Positions 55,101 to 64,000 of a stretch of 64,000 bases of DNA are shown here, in pieces. The notes beneath the pieces are model-generated. The model made no database searches, had not been told where the DNA came from, and saw only the letters and a program-made list of their open reading frames with translations. The stretch's first letter is position 1. Every line of letters starts with the position of its first letter. The stretch is taken from sequence record NC_061442.1. One strand, 5' to 3'. The position numbers and the translations under genes were made by a program.

Positions 55101-56337
55101 CCTGAGCGTACGGCGGTGTTAGTAGTTCGATATACGGCCAACCAGCGCGTGTCTGAGTAGGCGTTTCAGCAGAAGCGAAGTTGAACAGAGCGTTGGAGCC
55201 ATTCGTGTCCATACCTGCGACGAGCTTACCACCCTTATCAGTCCATGCCGCAGTCGTGTTAAACACAACGAGGTCATTGGCGACAAGAGGGCGAGCCGCT
55301 ACGTTCTGAACGTTGTCACGAATGTTGAACTGATAGATGTTTGTACCGTCATGACCGAGCACCAACAGTGAACTCGGAACGAACTGGTACCAGAAGACAG
55401 ATGAAGGTGCAGCGGCCGTATTGCCACCCACCAGCTTACCATCCAGAGTTGACAACACATCATAGCTGTCAGAGCCGTTAACGTAGAACTGATCGGACTT
55501 GACCGAAGTCTCCACGAAACTGGCATTGAGATAGTGCGCACTGCCCTCTTTGTCGAAAGCAACATAGCTGTCAACGGTGTTTGTACCAACGCCGGCTCGA
55601 CGACAGATAACGCGGTTGACTTCATATCCTAATTGCTTAGGCTCACCGAACTGAGTCATCGCTTCGTCAAGCACATCAACCTGACCAGACGTGTGGAAGA
55701 CTACAGCACTGCGTTTATTGTTCGTGTCATAACTGACTTTATAGCCAGCGATATCAACATTGTCCATGCTACCGAACACTTTTGTATTCGAAGCATCACC
55801 ATCAGTGTGCAAATAATAAAGACGGCGTCCTTGGCGGTCATGGACGATTGAAATAGGCTTGGTCAAATCGAAGAACGTGCTATCGAAGTCCGAGAACTTC
55901 GCTACACTACTTTGCTGCATGTCCTGAGTAGTGGGTATACGTACACCCCCACCAAGAACAAGACCACCATAGGTAGGATTAAGTGCAGCGCCTAGAGGCA
56001 TTGCATCCATACCTTTTGTGACAAGACGGTAGTCCAGCTCTTTCGTCTGTGGACGAATGAAGATGCGAGACAGTGAATGCACAAGCACCCAAAGGTCACC
56101 GTCGAGATAATACAGCAGAACAGGTTGCGTAGCGGCGGCTGAGACAGTAACTGTAGCCAGGAGGCTCACAGAATAGTCAGAGCCAGAACTCGGCGTGATA
56201 TCTTTCTCTGTAGAAGCATCGGCAAACGTACCGCCAACAACACGGAATTTGAGAACGTCAGTATGGCCAGCAGCAGTTACGCTACCTGACCAAGACTGCG
56301 CACCCGTTGCCGATACAACAGGAATCATTTCAGCCAT
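52195..56337 (-). CDS. Large virion structural protein (beta-rich, Ig-like, Pro-rich C-terminus)
   Basis: 1380 aa; GAGG RBS; contains four FPLFE repeats. Confidence 0.75.
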   Translation of the reverse strand: MAEMIPVVSATGAQSWSGSVTAAGHTDVLKFRVVGGTFADASTEKDITPSSGSDYSVSLLATVTVSAAATQPVLLYYLDGDLWVLVHSLSRIFIRPQTKELDYRLVTKGMDAMPLGAALNPTYGGLVLGGGVRIPTTQDMQQSSVAKFSDFDSTFFDLTKPISIVHDRQGRRLYYLHTDGDASNTKVFGSMDNVDIAGYKVSYDTNNKRSAVVFHTSGQVDVLDEAMTQFGEPKQLGYEVNRVICRRAGVGTNTVDSYVAFDKEGSAHYLNASFVETSVKSDQFYVNGSDSYDVLSTLDGKLVGGNTAAAPSSVFWYQFVPSSLLVLGHDGTNIYQFNIRDNVQNVAARPLVANDLVVFNTTAAWTDKGGKLVAGMDTNGSNALFNFASAETPTQTRAGWPYIELLTPPYAQADTYDRLFYYAARPTTGLKHLAIRNYDIVWPDLTNIELGPSVKFKVLVDAGDPDIPLPITAPAGVTVSATIDVTTIDIVDGKEVTTVTEVPVTKVYDGQEVTITLSHAYITSSSFPVAIGHTVYQFEMKADDTPNAFSWQNILGIENDTWNRTEDVTISGINVAVPVSVLVDGVEDYDRVKIFVDGVETAMPVLIRNNQKLGFEILHENDTSRIDVDVGQGTAHFSLFTIVEAQLDVGRHWAYVPVGKQVQSDVLKNTGTIPLVLTITGTDAVFSNGTQTITLAVDATTSIKFTPTENEQYAIKFRSEQYSYEWYVWADNQWLGTLPQTKRAERYVMGDSGTFFIDNIPDNFWTYFTIPAGMLLDIDGVRVEQELDSRGVYKEQGLVVGPFECADTMLKIYGLPSHNQPHTLQFGNAEAGWLYDMTVDPTYTAYGTDSVQLFGLSYLDATTDAVSVFDAKTYVAASDQNVVLTPVYDPELDVQLQWLDFEDAATHVMQMAKGNDFDTGHKDFVDNFHMADLIAKSDIIYDRFPLFELTDAPEIASDDFPLFELTEGQKDVITATSLPAFIGTDEGAATDTFPLFELIQGQVDTASEFPLFEAVAGDSIVSDSFWPTFFTDVAVVNDTFINNFVEHMDDAPQYFDLRDPAYRTTIKAVSDQILPKFADTKGNYPADAIEGKKVDAGGLYQQGMTDPRHATDSGLYPQEMTSGKYVEPSAVYHVGWARPIWRPVSVTYKADPLVAKYVDPDYHPAVLFMPEIPFTRWLQPSQIYHCAPSTPMRMEHLVKYPVSPAPGEFEQLRLIAAPVVPHSPLGAKTPEVYLHLIQGKFIQGAPQINTDVLEPDLIKAPRIIPVARTPGAPATRAPIAVEIRKSRKADSNKTYAVVAPVVEMWSVEPDHGSIDKPLEEGYFETELLALQNATQVWGFDPSVVYAIQQPNGYWTWAQITVCEESCGSMSCAARGYLSGG

Positions 56338-56361
56338 TGTTCACCTCACGATGTAGAAACG

Positions 56362-56384
56362 AAAAAGGGCGGCCGAAGCCACCC
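56362..56384 (-). terminator. Intrinsic terminator, identical to 38464-38486
   Basis: Minus strand GGGTGGC-TTCG-GCCGCCC then TTTTT. Confidence 0.85.
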
Positions 56385-56398
56385 TGTGAGGAATAGGC

Positions 56399-57580
56399 TT
56401 AGCCGCCTGATACTTCTGGTGCTTTGTAACCCTGCAGGAAGAAGACGCGCATACCAGTGTTGTTCGGACTGTTAGCAGTCAGAGCTTTGTATGTACGCTT
56501 CTTCGGAGTGCTGCCGTCATCTTCTTTCTCATTGTACACCTGCACGTCGATCAGGGTACCGTTAGAGATAACGTCAGAAGACGCATAGCCCACGATATCC
56601 ATTTCATACGGGTAGCTGTAGCGCTGAGTGTTGAAGCCCGCAGGCAGACGGAAGTCGAAGTGGTTGTCTTCTGAGAACGGAACCATCTGATACGGGTTGA
56701 TAACCGCGTAGCTATCTGCGCTGTGTACGTGTGCAGGTACAGGCAGAGTCGGTGCGTTCACGTCAGCTTCACGAACGGTGTAGCGCATGATCTGGAACGA
56801 GCCTGGGCTGTTAGTAGCAGGACGTACTTCCAGATCGTTATTCATTGAGCCACCGCCGTTCACACTGAACATGCAGAACAGAGGAGCTTTACCGTCAACA
56901 ACCACTGTACCATCAGAGTTAATAGCACGTTGAACTACCATCCACGCACCACGGCAACCGTCAGAGTCGCGGCCTTCAACTGCGATGTGCAGCGCGAAGC
57001 CGTGCTCAGTCAGAGAGATGTGGTAGGTAAACGGAGACGCTTCTGGGTCAGCCCAAATCAGGCTATCAGGGTTCTGCTGACCAGAACTCTGAGTAGTTGA
57101 GTTGGTAGGGTACGCCATGGTGCCGCCATAGTAAACTGCGCCGTTGCTGTTTGCAATGCCACGGTGCCAGAAGCACACGTCATAGTCACCAGTAGTACCG
57201 CCGGTGTTCCCGTTAAAGCGAGCACCAATCTGACCTGCATATTCAGGGAAAGAAGTGCCGCCTACAGTAATAGTACCGGTCTTAGCGATGGTGCCTGTGT
57301 CAGAGATCTGCTCTGGAGCAGCAACGTACAGGTTGGTACGTTTATCAGTGACTTTACAGGCTACACGCCAGCGCTGTTTACCAACGCCAGTACCTGCCAG
57401 TGGATCGACAGTCGCAGTTGCTTCAACAACGAACGCAGTCAGATCCGTGGATGGAATAGTTGAAGCAATAGTGCCGTTAACACTCACCAGCTGGAAGCCG
57501 TTATCCACCAGGTCTTGCAGGATAGATTTCCACATCTTGATGTTGCTGGTGAATCCGGATTTTACAATCAGTTTGTTCAT
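56399..57580 (-). CDS. Abundant virion structural protein, paralogue of 57600-58586
   Basis: 393 aa; MCP-like codon bias; shared PLFC.FS..GG, INP.Q and NTQRY.Y..D..GY.S.DV motifs. Confidence 0.75.
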   Translation of the reverse strand: MNKLIVKSGFTSNIKMWKSILQDLVDNGFQLVSVNGTIASTIPSTDLTAFVVEATATVDPLAGTGVGKQRWRVACKVTDKRTNLYVAAPEQISDTGTIAKTGTITVGGTSFPEYAGQIGARFNGNTGGTTGDYDVCFWHRGIANSNGAVYYGGTMAYPTNSTTQSSGQQNPDSLIWADPEASPFTYHISLTEHGFALHIAVEGRDSDGCRGAWMVVQRAINSDGTVVVDGKAPLFCMFSVNGGGSMNNDLEVRPATNSPGSFQIMRYTVREADVNAPTLPVPAHVHSADSYAVINPYQMVPFSEDNHFDFRLPAGFNTQRYSYPYEMDIVGYASSDVISNGTLIDVQVYNEKEDDGSTPKKRTYKALTANSPNNTGMRVFFLQGYKAPEVSGG

Positions 57581-57599
57581 GAGTCGTTATCCCTTAAGA

Positions 57600-58586
57600 T
57601 TAAGCCGCATCACCAGTGCCGACAGGAAGCATCAGACGCATACCACGGTTGTCTTTACCGTTAGCGTTCATGCCCAGATACTTGGTTTTGTTGGTTGCTT
57701 TCAGAGGGTTCAACTGAACTTCCGAACCGGCAGACAGAACGTCGGCAGAAGTATAGCCCAGCATATCTAGTGTAGCGAAGTACACATAACGCTGAGTGTT
57801 GATCATCTGAGGGAACAGGACGATAGCACGATTACCCTCTGCGATCATAACCTGCTGGAGCGGGTTAATGATTGGGGCTGAGTCAGGGGTTGGCTGAACA
57901 GCAGACAGAGGAACAGTCGCGGAGTAAATACCGGCTTCGATAACAGTGAAGCGCTGAATTGCTTCAGGCTTGATTGTATCTGGGTCGCCGGCCAGACCGC
58001 CACCACATGAGAAGATGCAGAACAGTGGGCTGTGATCACCAGGCTTAGTGTCATCTGCCTGTACGCCACGCTGCGCAACAAACCAACTGAACGCGGTGCC
58101 GGTATTGTCGAAGCCTTCTGCGTTGATGTGCAGAGCGATGCCGTGGTCGGTGGTGATGAAGTCATAGGTCAGCGGGAATGCAGCCAGATCAGCAGTTGCA
58201 TCCATCTTCCAGTCAGCAACCAGATCGATGAAGCTGTTGGCCATCAGGCCGGACTTAGACAGACGGCCGATTTCCACAGTCGCAGAGCGCTTAGCCGCAG
58301 AGTAGTCAGTGTCATTCACCTGAAGGTCAGGCAGAATGTTGACTGACAGAGTTTTGGCAGTGTTATCGGCTTTGAGGATGATGCCCCATTGCTGAGTTTC
58401 GAACAGCGGGTCAACTGATTCAGATGCCAGCAAGTAGAATGCTTTACCGTCTGGTTTAACCTGAGTGCCAGCGACACCATCAACTGCTACGAGTTCAAAA
58501 CCCCCAGCAATCATTTTCGCCACCAGATCACGGGTCAGAGCTTCCAGACCAATGAGCTTAGTGGCAGTTACACGTTGAATAGCCAT
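57600..58586 (-). CDS. Abundant virion structural protein, paralogue of 56399-57580
   Basis: 328 aa; same shared motifs. Confidence 0.75.
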   Translation of the reverse strand: MAIQRVTATKLIGLEALTRDLVAKMIAGGFELVAVDGVAGTQVKPDGKAFYLLASESVDPLFETQQWGIILKADNTAKTLSVNILPDLQVNDTDYSAAKRSATVEIGRLSKSGLMANSFIDLVADWKMDATADLAAFPLTYDFITTDHGIALHINAEGFDNTGTAFSWFVAQRGVQADDTKPGDHSPLFCIFSCGGGLAGDPDTIKPEAIQRFTVIEAGIYSATVPLSAVQPTPDSAPIINPLQQVMIAEGNRAIVLFPQMINTQRYVYFATLDMLGYTSADVLSAGSEVQLNPLKATNKTKYLGMNANGKDNRGMRLMLPVGTGDAA

Positions 58587-58593
58587 ATGTTAA

Positions 58594-59379
58594 TCACTCC
58601 ATTACCAGATAGGTTACAGTGAGTTTCGGTTTCGACGGTGATGTACCGATATTCTTCATACGCCACGAAATTGTAGGCGAGTTGTCTTTGTTGGACAAGA
58701 AGCTATATCGGCGCAGCTTGCGAATAACTGGATTACCTTCGCTATCCACATCTGAGAACACGCCATCATCTTCGAGGAAATTAGCAGTGGAGCGAAATAA
58801 ATACGGGTTTCTGTCATCTCGCTGTGCCGTAGGAAACGCAGAGAGTTCCACATCAAAGGCATTGAGTTTAACAGAAAGCAACATCACCGTACGGTTCATT
58901 TGCAGGTCAAAGTCAACCTGTTGTCCCGGGGTAATGTATGCAGGAGATTCGTACTCCACCGTTTTACGCACACCAGCACTTTCATTGCCGTTCAGGTCGG
59001 CCCAGAACATCGTACCGTTAGCACCAGATACGAGGGTCATACCCGCATACTCAGGCTCAGGTACTTGTTTACTTGGGTCGAGGCCTACGACAGTGAGTCC
59101 TGTTTCATCCACAGCAGTGACGAACGGAGATTCAAACTTGTAGTTGGCACCTCCGAACTTCGCTTCTTCCCACGTTACGTTGTCTGTACCAAGTTGATAC
59201 ATCTTCTTGGTCTCGGTGACGTAACATAACATCCCAGGCTTTTTATTACCTACGGACATTATATCACGATCAGCCAGAGTAGGCAGACAGCGCATACCTC
59301 CTCGAAGATATTTATCCTCAAGTAGGTATGGGAGTGCTGCGGATGCAGGCAACAGGAACGAAGTCATGTTTACCGGCAT
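58594..59379 (-). CDS. Virion fibre-associated protein (261 aa)
   Basis: AGGAG RBS; PYLLEDKYLRGG...LADRD...GMLCYV motif as seen in phage fibre proteins. Confidence 0.7.
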   Translation of the reverse strand: MPVNMTSFLLPASAALPYLLEDKYLRGGMRCLPTLADRDIMSVGNKKPGMLCYVTETKKMYQLGTDNVTWEEAKFGGANYKFESPFVTAVDETGLTVVGLDPSKQVPEPEYAGMTLVSGANGTMFWADLNGNESAGVRKTVEYESPAYITPGQQVDFDLQMNRTVMLLSVKLNAFDVELSAFPTAQRDDRNPYLFRSTANFLEDDGVFSDVDSEGNPVIRKLRRYSFLSNKDNSPTISWRMKNIGTSPSKPKLTVTYLVME

Positions 59380-59389
59380 CTTATTCTCC

Positions 59390-62300
59390 TTACGCGATAC
59401 CTGAACCAGGGTTCGATGAACCGTAGGTCAGTTTAAACGTATACGCCAGACTATCGAACGGGAAGTCGTTACGATAAATAACGTAATCGACACCATTGAT
59501 AACAACTTCTGCCGGGCCTGCAAAGTTAAAGTCATCGAACTCCAACGCGCCATCCCATGAACCAGCAAAGCCCTGAACGGATTCGACAAAGTAACCATAG
59601 CCGAGAGACTTAGGCCACGCAACGTAGAAGAACACATTGTTCGAACTCGTACTGGTATTAGCAGGACAGTTCAGGAGCTGCTGACCTGTCAGAGTCAACG
59701 CAGTTTGCAGACCAGCAACGAACGCTGCGTCATAGCCAGAGGTAGACTTGATCTTGGAATGCGAACCGAAGCGAGCACCCAGATCAGAAACCTGCTCAGG
59801 CTTGAGCGTAACGTCTTTAGTTGCCGTGACAGTCTTGCCGTTCTTAACGTAAGTCACGGTGATTGTCACTACAGCATCAGCAGTAACTTTGTTAGACTTC
59901 AACGAGCCGCCCACAACACTCAGGCCGGTTGCCGTACCAGACTTCACAGATACCGCCCACGTTGTACCACTATCAGCAGTCACGTCAGGAGTGGTACCAT
60001 CAGACAGAGTTGCCGTTGCAGTGTATGCAGTAGTTACGCCACCGATGATTGAAGCAGGTCCAGTGATAGTCACAGAGTCAGGAGTCGCAGGAGCTGGAGT
60101 GTTCGTCACAGTCAACGTTGCCGTTTGGACTACGCTGTTGAACGAAGCAGTACCAGTAATCACAGCGGTCTGCACAGTGCTAACCGTATTACCTGTAATA
60201 GTGTTGTTGCCGTTGAACGTGAAGCCTGTAGTAGAGCCGGAGCTACGTGTAACAACAGGCGTCAGGTCAACCGTCGTGTTATCAGAGAACGTCAGGCGAA
60301 GAATGTAGGTACCAGTCTCACCTTTGTTCACAGCAGTAGGACCAACCAGCTCGCGCTTAGTGATCGTTGCTGTCTGATTGATGATCTGAATAGTCTTCTC
60401 AGGCGCGTAAGTCTTACCATCGACGGTGACATTAGCAGCACGGAGCGTGACAGTCTGGTTCTGCGTGATTGAGTTAGGTGCAGAGGTCAGCTTCGCACGA
60501 GTCGAAGTAGTACCAACACCCAGCGTCACATAAGCAGCACCCTGAGGCAGTGACCAAGTAGGCAGGGAAGCATACTCGTTCGTTGCGCCAGACAGACGAG
60601 TGATACGCACCAGATAATCACCTGACACAGTACCTTCGTTCATCGAATCAGCACCGATGATTTCCACAGTGTTCACGTCATCGGTAGGACCTGTGACAGT
60701 GAACTGTACGCTACCAGTTTTGCTTACGCTTCCTACAGTAGCAACAACGTTAAGCTGGAAGGTCAGAGTACCGAAGAAACCGCTGAGAGTTTTCTTGGTG
60801 CGAATACGCCAGCCAGTTGTACCACCAGCAACGATCTCAAAGTATTCTTGAGCCGCAGTGGATAACGTGTAGCTGAGTTCGCCGCTTGTACCCTCACGAG
60901 TAGATGAATCAGAGAACGTCAGGGTACTATGCAGGTCGCGTGTTACAGCAGCCGCAGTACCGAAGTCAAACACAGGTGCTGGCGCCAGAGGCTGTACGCT
61001 CAACAACGAGATGACGATGATGTTCTTGACCAACACGGACTTCTGCGCGTTACGTCCATCGAACGTCGCACGAATCAGAACGGTTGTGTCCTGAGTCACT
61101 TCACCAGCAGACAAAATACCAGTCTGCGCAATGCTTGCGACTGCGCTACCCTGAATAACAGACCACGTAGGTGAGGTCACCTGACGCTCTGAACCATCAG
61201 AAAGAATCTCCCACGCCGTAAACTGCGATGTAGTGTTTTCATTCATCTGGTCAGCACCACGAACTTCCAGAGAAGTCACAACCGGCGGGTTACCGACGAT
61301 GGTTACATTCTGCGTGGCAGTCTTAGTGATACCGTTTTCAGTGTACGACGCATAGATCGTTACGCTGGTGTTTGCGATGTTCACCGCGCCTGCGATCAGA
61401 TTCGAGTCAGAGAACGTTGCATAGATTGAAGCCTGTTGCAGACGGAACTCGTTAGGACTGATAGTTGCCGTGTGACCATCAGAGTAGGTTGCCAGCACCG
61501 TGTAAGGGGTAGTGGTCTTCTCTTGAACAGACGACGGACCGACGATCTTAATGCTCGACAGGTCTACTACAGGCACAACGTTAACGATAAGAATATCGAG
61601 AGTCGCAGTCTTAGTGATGCCGTTCTCCGTGTACGTTGCAGACAGCTTCACAGGAATGTCAGAAGACACCTTACCTGCGTTAACAGTCTTGTTCACGATA
61701 GTAACAACATCCAGACGGTCAGCAGTGAACGTCGTTGGGTCAATCAGCTTGGTGCTGTTATCCGAGTAAGTTGCGAGGAACGTATAGTTCGCGCTTTCTT
61801 CGCTGCGGATTGTATTCGCACCCTGAATGGCCAGAGAGGTCAGCACAACGGCCTCGGTCTCTTTCAGAATCGTGACGTTCTTCGTACCAGTGACAGTCTG
61901 ATCGGCAGTGATGTACGTTGCAGTCAACACGATCTGACGATCAGAGGTTGTTTCTTTACGCGCTGTAACCACGTTGCCACTGATAGTGGTGTACGTTGTA
62001 GGTGCAGCGACGAAAGAGTTCTGCGTTACCATCTCGGTATCGCCATTCGACCACGTAATACGGAACGTGTAGGTTGCGCTTTGCTGGGACGTGATGGTGG
62101 AAGCACCAAGCACTTCAAGCAGCGTAATCAACTGCGCTTTAACCGTGACGTTCTTATTCGCAGTGAAGGTGACGCCGTTATACACATACGTGGCAGTCAG
62201 CTTGACGACTGTATCAGTCGAGACTTTCTTACCAGTACCCTGCAGACCAACTAGGTCCAGAGCGTTTACGTTATCAACCACGAAGTTCGTAGGCATGATA

Positions 62301-63400
62301 GTCGCAACGTTACCAGACTTGTAGCGAGCAGTAACGGTGTAGGTTTCTTTCTGCTTATAGAACAGCGTACCAGTACCAACGATAGCGATGGACACCAGCT
62401 CGTCATCAATGATGAACGTGTTCTTGATCAGCAGATTGTAGGTAGCTGTTACCCAGTTGCCGTACACAGGGTCGCGCTTACGGGCAGTCACTTTCAGAAC
62501 AACGTCAGCAGCTAAATCAGGAGCAGTGACTGTACCGTCCTGCGTGATAGTCACACCGATTACGTTTTCTTCGATAGACCACTCAACGCCAGCAGGCTGG
62601 TGCTCGATACGGTCTGACCACTCAGCGTCAACGTTCAGTTTGACGCTACTGTTATCCGACATGTAACTTGCGTTGCCTGGCAGGCTAATACGCAGGTTCA
62701 TCAAGTGAGGTGATTCCCACTCGACGTTATCAGCAGTAGGTTTTACCCACTTACCGATATACTTGTTAGGATTAACAGGGTCCTGATCGACGATAGCCAG
62801 CACGTAGCCTTCTTGCGGTTCGTTAGAGCTTGCGACTTCAACGAATGCGGTAGCATTCAGGCGAATCATGGTGCGAGCGTAATCAGGATGGTCGTGGTTA
62901 GTCGGATAACGTGCATTACTCATGCGCGTATCAGAGCTGGACACAGCAACTGTTTCAGCAGTCGATTCGGGTTCGTCTTTAGTGACGACATTCCCCAGAC
63001 GGCTGGTGGTCGCATGTGGGATTTCCAGATCGCCAACTTCAATCCCCAGATCACCTGCGTTCTCAACAACGAAGCGGAAGAACTGTTTCTGATTGAACAG
63101 TGCAGCGTAGTCGTTCACAGTTACCCATGAACCACGGTGATTACCGTCAGACACGGCGGAGGTACGACGCAGCACATACATATACTGCGGGCTGCCTGTG
63201 TTGGCATCAATCCAAATCAGGTTGTACGGCTTTTCAGAAAACGACGGCTCGGTCATAGACACGATAACCTGATGCACTTCCGTTTGATCGTTCGCGTTAG
63301 GACGGAACAGGAAAGTGATTGGGTTACGTGGCGTCAGACCGCGAGTGCGAGCCAGGCCGATATACTGTTTAGCAAAGCCGTCGATCGTGGTTACGCTCAT
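59390..63400 (-). CDS. Large Ig-repeat virion protein (about 10 Big_2-like repeats)
   Basis: About 95-aa repeats of the form L.SI.I.G...(Y/F)T..AT(Y/W)SDG; N-terminal module shared with 1-696 and 63397-63996. Confidence 0.85.
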   Translation of the reverse strand: MSVTTIDGFAKQYIGLARTRGLTPRNPITFLFRPNANDQTEVHQVIVSMTEPSFSEKPYNLIWIDANTGSPQYMYVLRRTSAVSDGNHRGSWVTVNDYAALFNQKQFFRFVVENAGDLGIEVGDLEIPHATTSRLGNVVTKDEPESTAETVAVSSSDTRMSNARYPTNHDHPDYARTMIRLNATAFVEVASSNEPQEGYVLAIVDQDPVNPNKYIGKWVKPTADNVEWESPHLMNLRISLPGNASYMSDNSSVKLNVDAEWSDRIEHQPAGVEWSIEENVIGVTITQDGTVTAPDLAADVVLKVTARKRDPVYGNWVTATYNLLIKNTFIIDDELVSIAIVGTGTLFYKQKETYTVTARYKSGNVATIMPTNFVVDNVNALDLVGLQGTGKKVSTDTVVKLTATYVYNGVTFTANKNVTVKAQLITLLEVLGASTITSQQSATYTFRITWSNGDTEMVTQNSFVAAPTTYTTISGNVVTARKETTSDRQIVLTATYITADQTVTGTKNVTILKETEAVVLTSLAIQGANTIRSEESANYTFLATYSDNSTKLIDPTTFTADRLDVVTIVNKTVNAGKVSSDIPVKLSATYTENGITKTATLDILIVNVVPVVDLSSIKIVGPSSVQEKTTTPYTVLATYSDGHTATISPNEFRLQQASIYATFSDSNLIAGAVNIANTSVTIYASYTENGITKTATQNVTIVGNPPVVTSLEVRGADQMNENTTSQFTAWEILSDGSERQVTSPTWSVIQGSAVASIAQTGILSAGEVTQDTTVLIRATFDGRNAQKSVLVKNIIVISLLSVQPLAPAPVFDFGTAAAVTRDLHSTLTFSDSSTREGTSGELSYTLSTAAQEYFEIVAGGTTGWRIRTKKTLSGFFGTLTFQLNVVATVGSVSKTGSVQFTVTGPTDDVNTVEIIGADSMNEGTVSGDYLVRITRLSGATNEYASLPTWSLPQGAAYVTLGVGTTSTRAKLTSAPNSITQNQTVTLRAANVTVDGKTYAPEKTIQIINQTATITKRELVGPTAVNKGETGTYILRLTFSDNTTVDLTPVVTRSSGSTTGFTFNGNNTITGNTVSTVQTAVITGTASFNSVVQTATLTVTNTPAPATPDSVTITGPASIIGGVTTAYTATATLSDGTTPDVTADSGTTWAVSVKSGTATGLSVVGGSLKSNKVTADAVVTITVTYVKNGKTVTATKDVTLKPEQVSDLGARFGSHSKIKSTSGYDAAFVAGLQTALTLTGQQLLNCPANTSTSSNNVFFYVAWPKSLGYGYFVESVQGFAGSWDGALEFDDFNFAGPAEVVINGVDYVIYRNDFPFDSLAYTFKLTYGSSNPGSGIA

Positions 63401-63996
63401 TCATTATTCTCCAGAATGTCGGTCGCAATCAGATGGCCGTAAGATGCTTTCACGTTAGTGTCAGCGATGAACGTAGCACCGTTATCACCTACATCGGCGT
63501 CCATGTTCACTTTATCCTGCACGGTCTTCACTTCAACCAGCGGCTTCTCTGGGTGCATTTCATCATGCGGCAGAGGAGTACGCTTGTCAGTGTTACGCGG
63601 GTCAGTCACAGACACAAATGTAGGACGACCAACAGAAGCAGGCTCAGCGGTCAGACGAGCGATCCCGTATTCGTCCACAGACGCGTTAGGAATATCTTCC
63701 GTACCGCTAATATCAGACGGGTCGTAATACTGTGGAGCCCAGAACGAGTTGAAGTTCTTCACTTCTTCCCACGTGTTCTGAAAACCACCAGCAGGCGTCT
63801 TAGACTTACGTGCAAGGAACTTACGATAGAACACACTATCGCGTACCATGCACAACCAGACGACGTTCATTGGCAACACGATCCCAACAGGTTCTTCCTG
63901 TGCGATGATGTGCGTACAACTGATGTTGAGTGTTGGGTTAATCTGACGAACAACCTGCTCTTTAGCAGTGTTATCCATGAAGCCCGTAACATTCAA
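63397..63996 (-). CDS. Virion protein paralogous to the N-terminus of the Ig-repeat protein; 5' end may lie outside the window
   Basis: Frame is open to the window edge; PMNVVW...YRKFLARKSK...NTWEEV and D.R..P..HD..HP motifs are shared. Confidence 0.7.
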   Translation of the reverse strand: MNVTGFMDNTAKEQVVRQINPTLNISCTHIIAQEEPVGIVLPMNVVWLCMVRDSVFYRKFLARKSKTPAGGFQNTWEEVKNFNSFWAPQYYDPSDISGTEDIPNASVDEYGIARLTAEPASVGRPTFVSVTDPRNTDKRTPLPHDEMHPEKPLVEVKTVQDKVNMDADVGDNGATFIADTNVKASYGHLIATDILENNE

Positions 63997-64000
63997 CAGA

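Noticed and set aside
112-63727. Numerous plus-strand ORFs in the track (e.g. 35645-36301, 39414-40073, 40208-40873, 49182-50045, 52264-53319, 61436-62254)
   Set aside because: They are antisense shadows of well-supported minus-strand genes, lack RBS and recognisable motifs, and are expected from biased codon usage.
1-64000. Stop-codon reassignment or alternative genetic code
   Set aside because: Conserved genes (sheath, MCP, ligase, tmk) are full length under the standard code and end at normal stops with tight packing.

Overview
This 64 kb window is the morphogenesis (late/structural) region of a large contractile-tailed jumbo myophage. Essentially all credible genes lie on the minus strand, tightly packed and punctuated by intrinsic terminators and a recurring GCTAATTT promoter-like motif. 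Reading right to left (the direction of transcription), it encodes: Ig-repeat and other virion fibre proteins; an NAD-dependent DNA ligase; a GT2-TPR glycosyltransferase; the head module (prohead protease, zincin, acidic Zn-finger scaffold, 235-aa head protein, major capsid protein); the tail module (sheath, tube and a tube paralogue, gp26-like chaperones, a muramidase-bearing tape-measure-like protein, LysM/gp53-like, hub, gp5-like spike); a small accessory block (Nudix, MmcB-like nuclease, thymidylate kinase); PAAR/gp25/baseplate-wedge genes; and a fibre cluster with four collagen-like proteins, one ending in a Hint domain. From recall only, the gene set resembles the 'hairy' jumbo myoviruses (Erwinia Y3/Alexandra, Dickeya JA11/AD1, Pseudomonas PaBG-like); this is not verified. 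The strongest unexplained signal is a ~1 kb stretch (about 19135-20130) with no long minus-strand ORF. It is densely packed with helices whose G-U wobbles mostly favour the minus strand, making it a candidate large structured ncRNA, and it is followed by an unannotated 47-aa membrane peptide and a terminator. Other highlights are collagens with an exactly registered cysteine and Thr-rich GPT repeats alongside a phage GT2-TPR enzyme (possible virion glycosylation), a self-processing Hint domain on a fibre, a candidate S-x-S head-maturation motif, and a paralogous beta-domain shared by four dispersed proteins. All coordinates, alignments and stems were worked out by eye; no searches were run.
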